DNA of 10,337 bases, taken from the NCBI GenBank assembly GCA_054661495.1, contig BAAFSQ010000330.1, forward strand, positions 1 to 10,337, in the 5' to 3' direction. Below are positions 8,501 to 10,337 of the stretch, piece by piece. The stretch is from Zygophlyctis sp. KS116 (taxonomy: Eukaryota; Fungi; Chytridiomycota). Made by a program: the position numbers and the translations under genes. How positions within the stretch are numbered: the first letter of the stretch is position 1; each line of letters starts with the position of its first letter. The notes under the pieces were generated by a model that ran no database searches, was not told where the DNA came from, and saw only the letters and a program-made list of their open reading frames with translations.

Positions 8501-9200
8501 TTTAGCTGTATTAGAGTCTGGGGACTTGGATGACCATGACTACCCGGAGGACATTGGTGAATATTTAGCTTCTCCTGAAAATGCTTGGATTTGTACAATT
8601 CATCCAATCAGCCAGTACAAGCCGTTTATAAAAAACTTCAAGTTGCTCGGTGATAGATTGTTTTACTGTATTGATGGCCTTAATCGTCTTTATATACCAA
8701 AGGATCAGAGAAATGATAAATTAAAAATGTTTCATGACAATTTAGGACACCTGGGAAAGCCTTCAATACTTAATTTGCTGAAAAGAAGGTTTTACTGGCC
8801 GAATATGGACAAGGATGTGGATGTTTACTGTACCAGTTGCCATACCTGTCAGTTAAATCGGCCTGGAAGAACTTCTAAATCTTGTTATGTGACTCCTATA
8901 GATCCGGTAGCTCTGCCATTTCACCGTTGGGGGGTGGATTTTGTTGGCAGGCTGCCGCTAACGAAGAATGGTAATAAGTTTATTTTCTCGGCTATAGATT
9001 ATGGTACCCGTTGGTATATTGGAACAGCAGTCAAATCAATGGATGAAAACGATGTTATAAATTCATTATTCAAGGAAATCTTTGCTACCTTTGGAATGCC
9101 ATTCGAAATCATTACTGATAGAGGAGCTTCTTTCGTTTCGCAAAATGTGGAAAAGTTTCGTCTTACATATCAAGTCCACTCCATACCATCCGCAGACTAA
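5505..9200 (+). CDS. gag-pol: Element B Gag-Pol polyprotein (capsid, CCHC, protease, RT, RNase H, N-terminal half of integrase), out of frame after ~9159
   Basis: LPEKFDGN, GPAPMELD, CLYCGESGHKVNKC (6342-6383), LLDSGA (6513), YLDD (7629-7640), TDASDFAI, DKELLAV, ADVLSR, HHCC, WGVDF (8937), ITDRG (9117). Confidence 0.95.
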   Translation: MQLDQEITSPNARASPAPSVNEESIHNLLRNLNSRLESLEMVPNHSSSLSPKLALPEKFDGNISKCKKFISSIENIFALQPARYSTANIQTRFIGSLLTGDALTWFSGVLENNPALLLDYNAFKCELKNLFDDPHAQRHACTALKRLRQGKFSVTSYSARFRHLAFQTGFNDVAKMDIFRCGLNDEVKDVLSTSLEDPEDLEALIKLAVKIDQRLHDRRLEKQSNRSFNGFSEKHRRYNPPGTQTGPAPMELDAMDGQKQKSFGKLSKEERQRRIENDLCLYCGESGHKVNKCSKRLERSLNVIDLFSASSKDHSSLTLPVNLVNQRNNEEYNALLDSGANANFISSSSITGSGMSLVKLVQPIMVRLADGSCKKVTEEVKDVKFRITNSSSGPLTFKADLMVIENLRFPVVLGTPWFVSVNPVIDWSSRRIKFERDSWSSIIYLNHVSLGDLVEKERSSNSSEDALKNREKYTHDENVGKTLGNGSYSATQGDIKEKECSSDSSKDTLTSRNNLDEVFVKYYVEFATLFEDKEVDSLPPQRTCDMEINLKDESKTPPFLKIFRLTDKIGPLLKQWIDTNLEKGLIRPSKSPCAAPIFFVPKKDGTLRPCINYKLLNDNTLPDGRPLPLVSDILARFHGSCIFTCLDLKGAYNLIRIKPGNEWKAAFRSKFGLFEPLVVQFGLQNAPSVFQSFINSLFLDLLDKSVVIYLDDILIFSKTVEEHVVVVREVLERLTVNKLILKKSKCVFHTEELVYLGHVIAKIGIKMDSEKTKPISEYPAPTSVRELRSFLGMTNYYRKFVHQYSELSKPLTDLTKKGKKFVWDNKAESAFKELKRAIMSDAMLRHPVLDKAFVLYTDASDFAIAAVLMQEEDSVGLCPLEYYSRKLIASELNYSVHDKELLAVKEAFEEWRHYLLYSKESTVVYCDHKNLLYFKTNRLLKPRHARWFETLMQFNFTLQHIKGTDNQLADVLSRNPRFKGHEEKTGLVLLPEKVWEATTLAVLESGDLDDHDYPEDIGEYLASPENAWICTIHPISQYKPFIKNFKLLGDRLFYCIDGLNRLYIPKDQRNDKLKMFHDNLGHLGKPSILNLLKRRFYWPNMDKDVDVYCTSCHTCQLNRPGRTSKSCYVTPIDPVALPFHRWGVDFVGRLPLTKNGNKFIFSAIDYGTRWYIGTAVKSMDENDVINSLFKEIFATFGMPFEIITDRGASFVSQNVEKFRLTYQVHSIPSAD
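6867..7032 (+). repeat. Diverged in-frame direct repeat in the PR-RT linker of B (6867-6906 and 6993-7032)
   Basis: 35/40 identity at a 126-bp offset; EKERSSNSSEDAL vs EKECSSDSSKDTL. Confidence 0.85.
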
Positions 9201-9901
9201 TGGGATGGTAGAAAGAGTCCATTCCACGTTGAATCATCAGCTAAGATGTTATTTAGAGGGATTTGTGGATCGCTGGGATGAGTATTTGCCACAAGCTGTT
9301 TTTAATATCAGAATTCGAACTCATTCTCAGCTTTTGAATTGTTGTATGGAGTTCCTGTTCGCTTGCCATGTGATTTAGAATTTCCGGATGTTGTTCGCGC
9401 GCCATTAGATCCATTAGAGAGAAAGGAAGCTTTGGCCAATTATAATTCATACAGACTTAGTCAGCTTGGACAAGATAGAGCTTCGGCTTACTTTAAATCA
9501 GTGGCTCAAGCTAATAAAATGCGAAGGACTAGAAGTGTAAGCTACGTATTTGATATAGGACATTTTGTTAAGATGCGTAAAAATCAAAGGACAAACCATA
9601 CTGGACTGGGCCATACATTGTAACTGAATTAGGATATCCTGGGACTTATTGGCTCATTAAGGTAAATGGACAGAGATTGGATAACTTGGTGAATGAAAGT
9701 CAATTAGCGCCGTGGATTTCTCAGGAAGAGCTCAATAATTCAAACCAAAAAGTAGAAAAAAAAATCAATGAATCAGATTCAGATCATTCCAATTTTGATT
9801 CAGACAATTCTAATAGCTGTTTGGGAGATAATGATTTGGCATCTGAAGAGCGTTATATGGTAGACATCCCTCCGAAGGGGGATAGTGATAAGGATAGCTG
9901 A
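9160..9901 (+). pseudogene. Element B integrase C-terminal half, in three frameshifted pieces
   Basis: 9160-~9324: STPYHPQTNGMVER..WDEYLP. ~9324-9593: FSAFELLYGVPVRLPCD..LGQDRASA. 9596-9901: PYWTGPYIV..GTYWL..VNESQLAPW plus an acidic tail, with the stop at 9899-9901 inside the 3' LTR. Confidence 0.92.
9874..9885 (+). promoter_or_regulatory. Polypurine tract of element B
   Basis: GAAGGGGGATAG abuts the 3' LTR. Confidence 0.9.
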
Positions 9902-10130
9902 GCCCGTCCTAGTACCTTTCCCAGCCCTTGATCCCAGGGTGGTTTTTTAATGGCTAGACGTGGCGTATTTTTCTTTTTTAGTTTGGTAATCGCTAAATAA
10001 AATTAGATAAGAAGGATCAATCTTGTTTATTTTTATTCTAACTGAGATCTTAATTTGAAAAGTCTTAGTTTATCTGTTTAGCTCTATCTTTAGTACTAGT
10101 TCTCGGCTTTTGGAAGTTCTACCTTCGACA
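9886..10130 (+). repeat. Element B 3' LTR (245 bp)
   Basis: Copy of 5195-5439, preceded by the PPT. Confidence 0.97.
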
Positions 10131-10152
10131 ATTTGTTGGATTTTTGGCTATT

Positions 10153-10200
10153 GGACCTCACTCTGAACCTCAATCTGGACCTCAAACTGTTCCTGACCAA
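10153..10200. repeat. 12-bp imperfect tandem repeat in the right flank (3 good units plus 1 decayed)
   Basis: ggacctcactct / gaacctcaatct / ggacctcaaact / gttcctgaccaa. Confidence 0.7.
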
Positions 10201-10337
10201 GTACCTTTTCCCTTTGAATCTTGAAGGGTTTTTAACGGCTTGGGTTCAGATGGGCAAGGCTAGTTGTTTTATCTTAAAGTAAAACGATCTCTATTGAATT
10301 TGTCCATTTGATTGAGATCTTGAATTCTTTCTTTAAA

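Larger units (their letters stand above)
5195..10130 (+). mobile_element. Ty3/Gypsy LTR retrotransposon B, full length (4936 bp), integrase-defective
   Basis: 245-bp direct terminal repeats with TG..CA ends, PPT, single gag-pol frame in Gypsy domain order. No TSD. Confidence 0.97.

Noticed and set aside
1021-9450. Short overlapping ORFs (1021-1260 -, 1893-2231 -, 1967-2170 -, 6124-6330 +, 7070-7336 -, 9253-9450 -)
   Set aside because: Shadow frames of gag-pol with no recognisable motifs. The antisense frames over the RT start in both elements are explained by conserved sense codons.

Overview
The window is almost entirely two different Ty3/Gypsy (Metaviridae) LTR retrotransposons, head-to-tail on the + strand and only 15 bp apart. 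The DNA is AT-rich and eukaryotic; the gag and RT style suggest a fungus or similar microbial eukaryote, but the host cannot be fixed from sequence alone. Element A (112-5179) has 299-bp TGTT..AACA LTRs with 5 differences and a 4-bp CCTT target-site duplication (TSD). Its single-frame gag-PR-RT-RH-IN is broken by a gag frameshift, a gag nonsense codon and a ~98-bp deletion that removes the RT YxDD motif, while RH-IN stays open. Element B (5195-10130) has 245-bp LTRs that read as identical and an intact gag-PR-RT-RH, but three small frameshifting deletions confined to integrase and no TSD. Main leads: (i) both elements pair a chromovirus/Tf1-sushi-like gag-RT-RH with a non-chromovirus-looking integrase that lacks a chromodomain; (ii) neither has a TGG tRNA primer site, but each has LTR-to-PBS self-complementarity and they share a TCAGAATYACC motif; (iii) B is young yet integrase-dead and TSD-less; (iv) the two insertions cluster just downstream of a TATATAAA. 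No rRNA, tRNA, CRISPR array or host gene was recognised. Novelty claims are inference until phylogenies and database searches are run.
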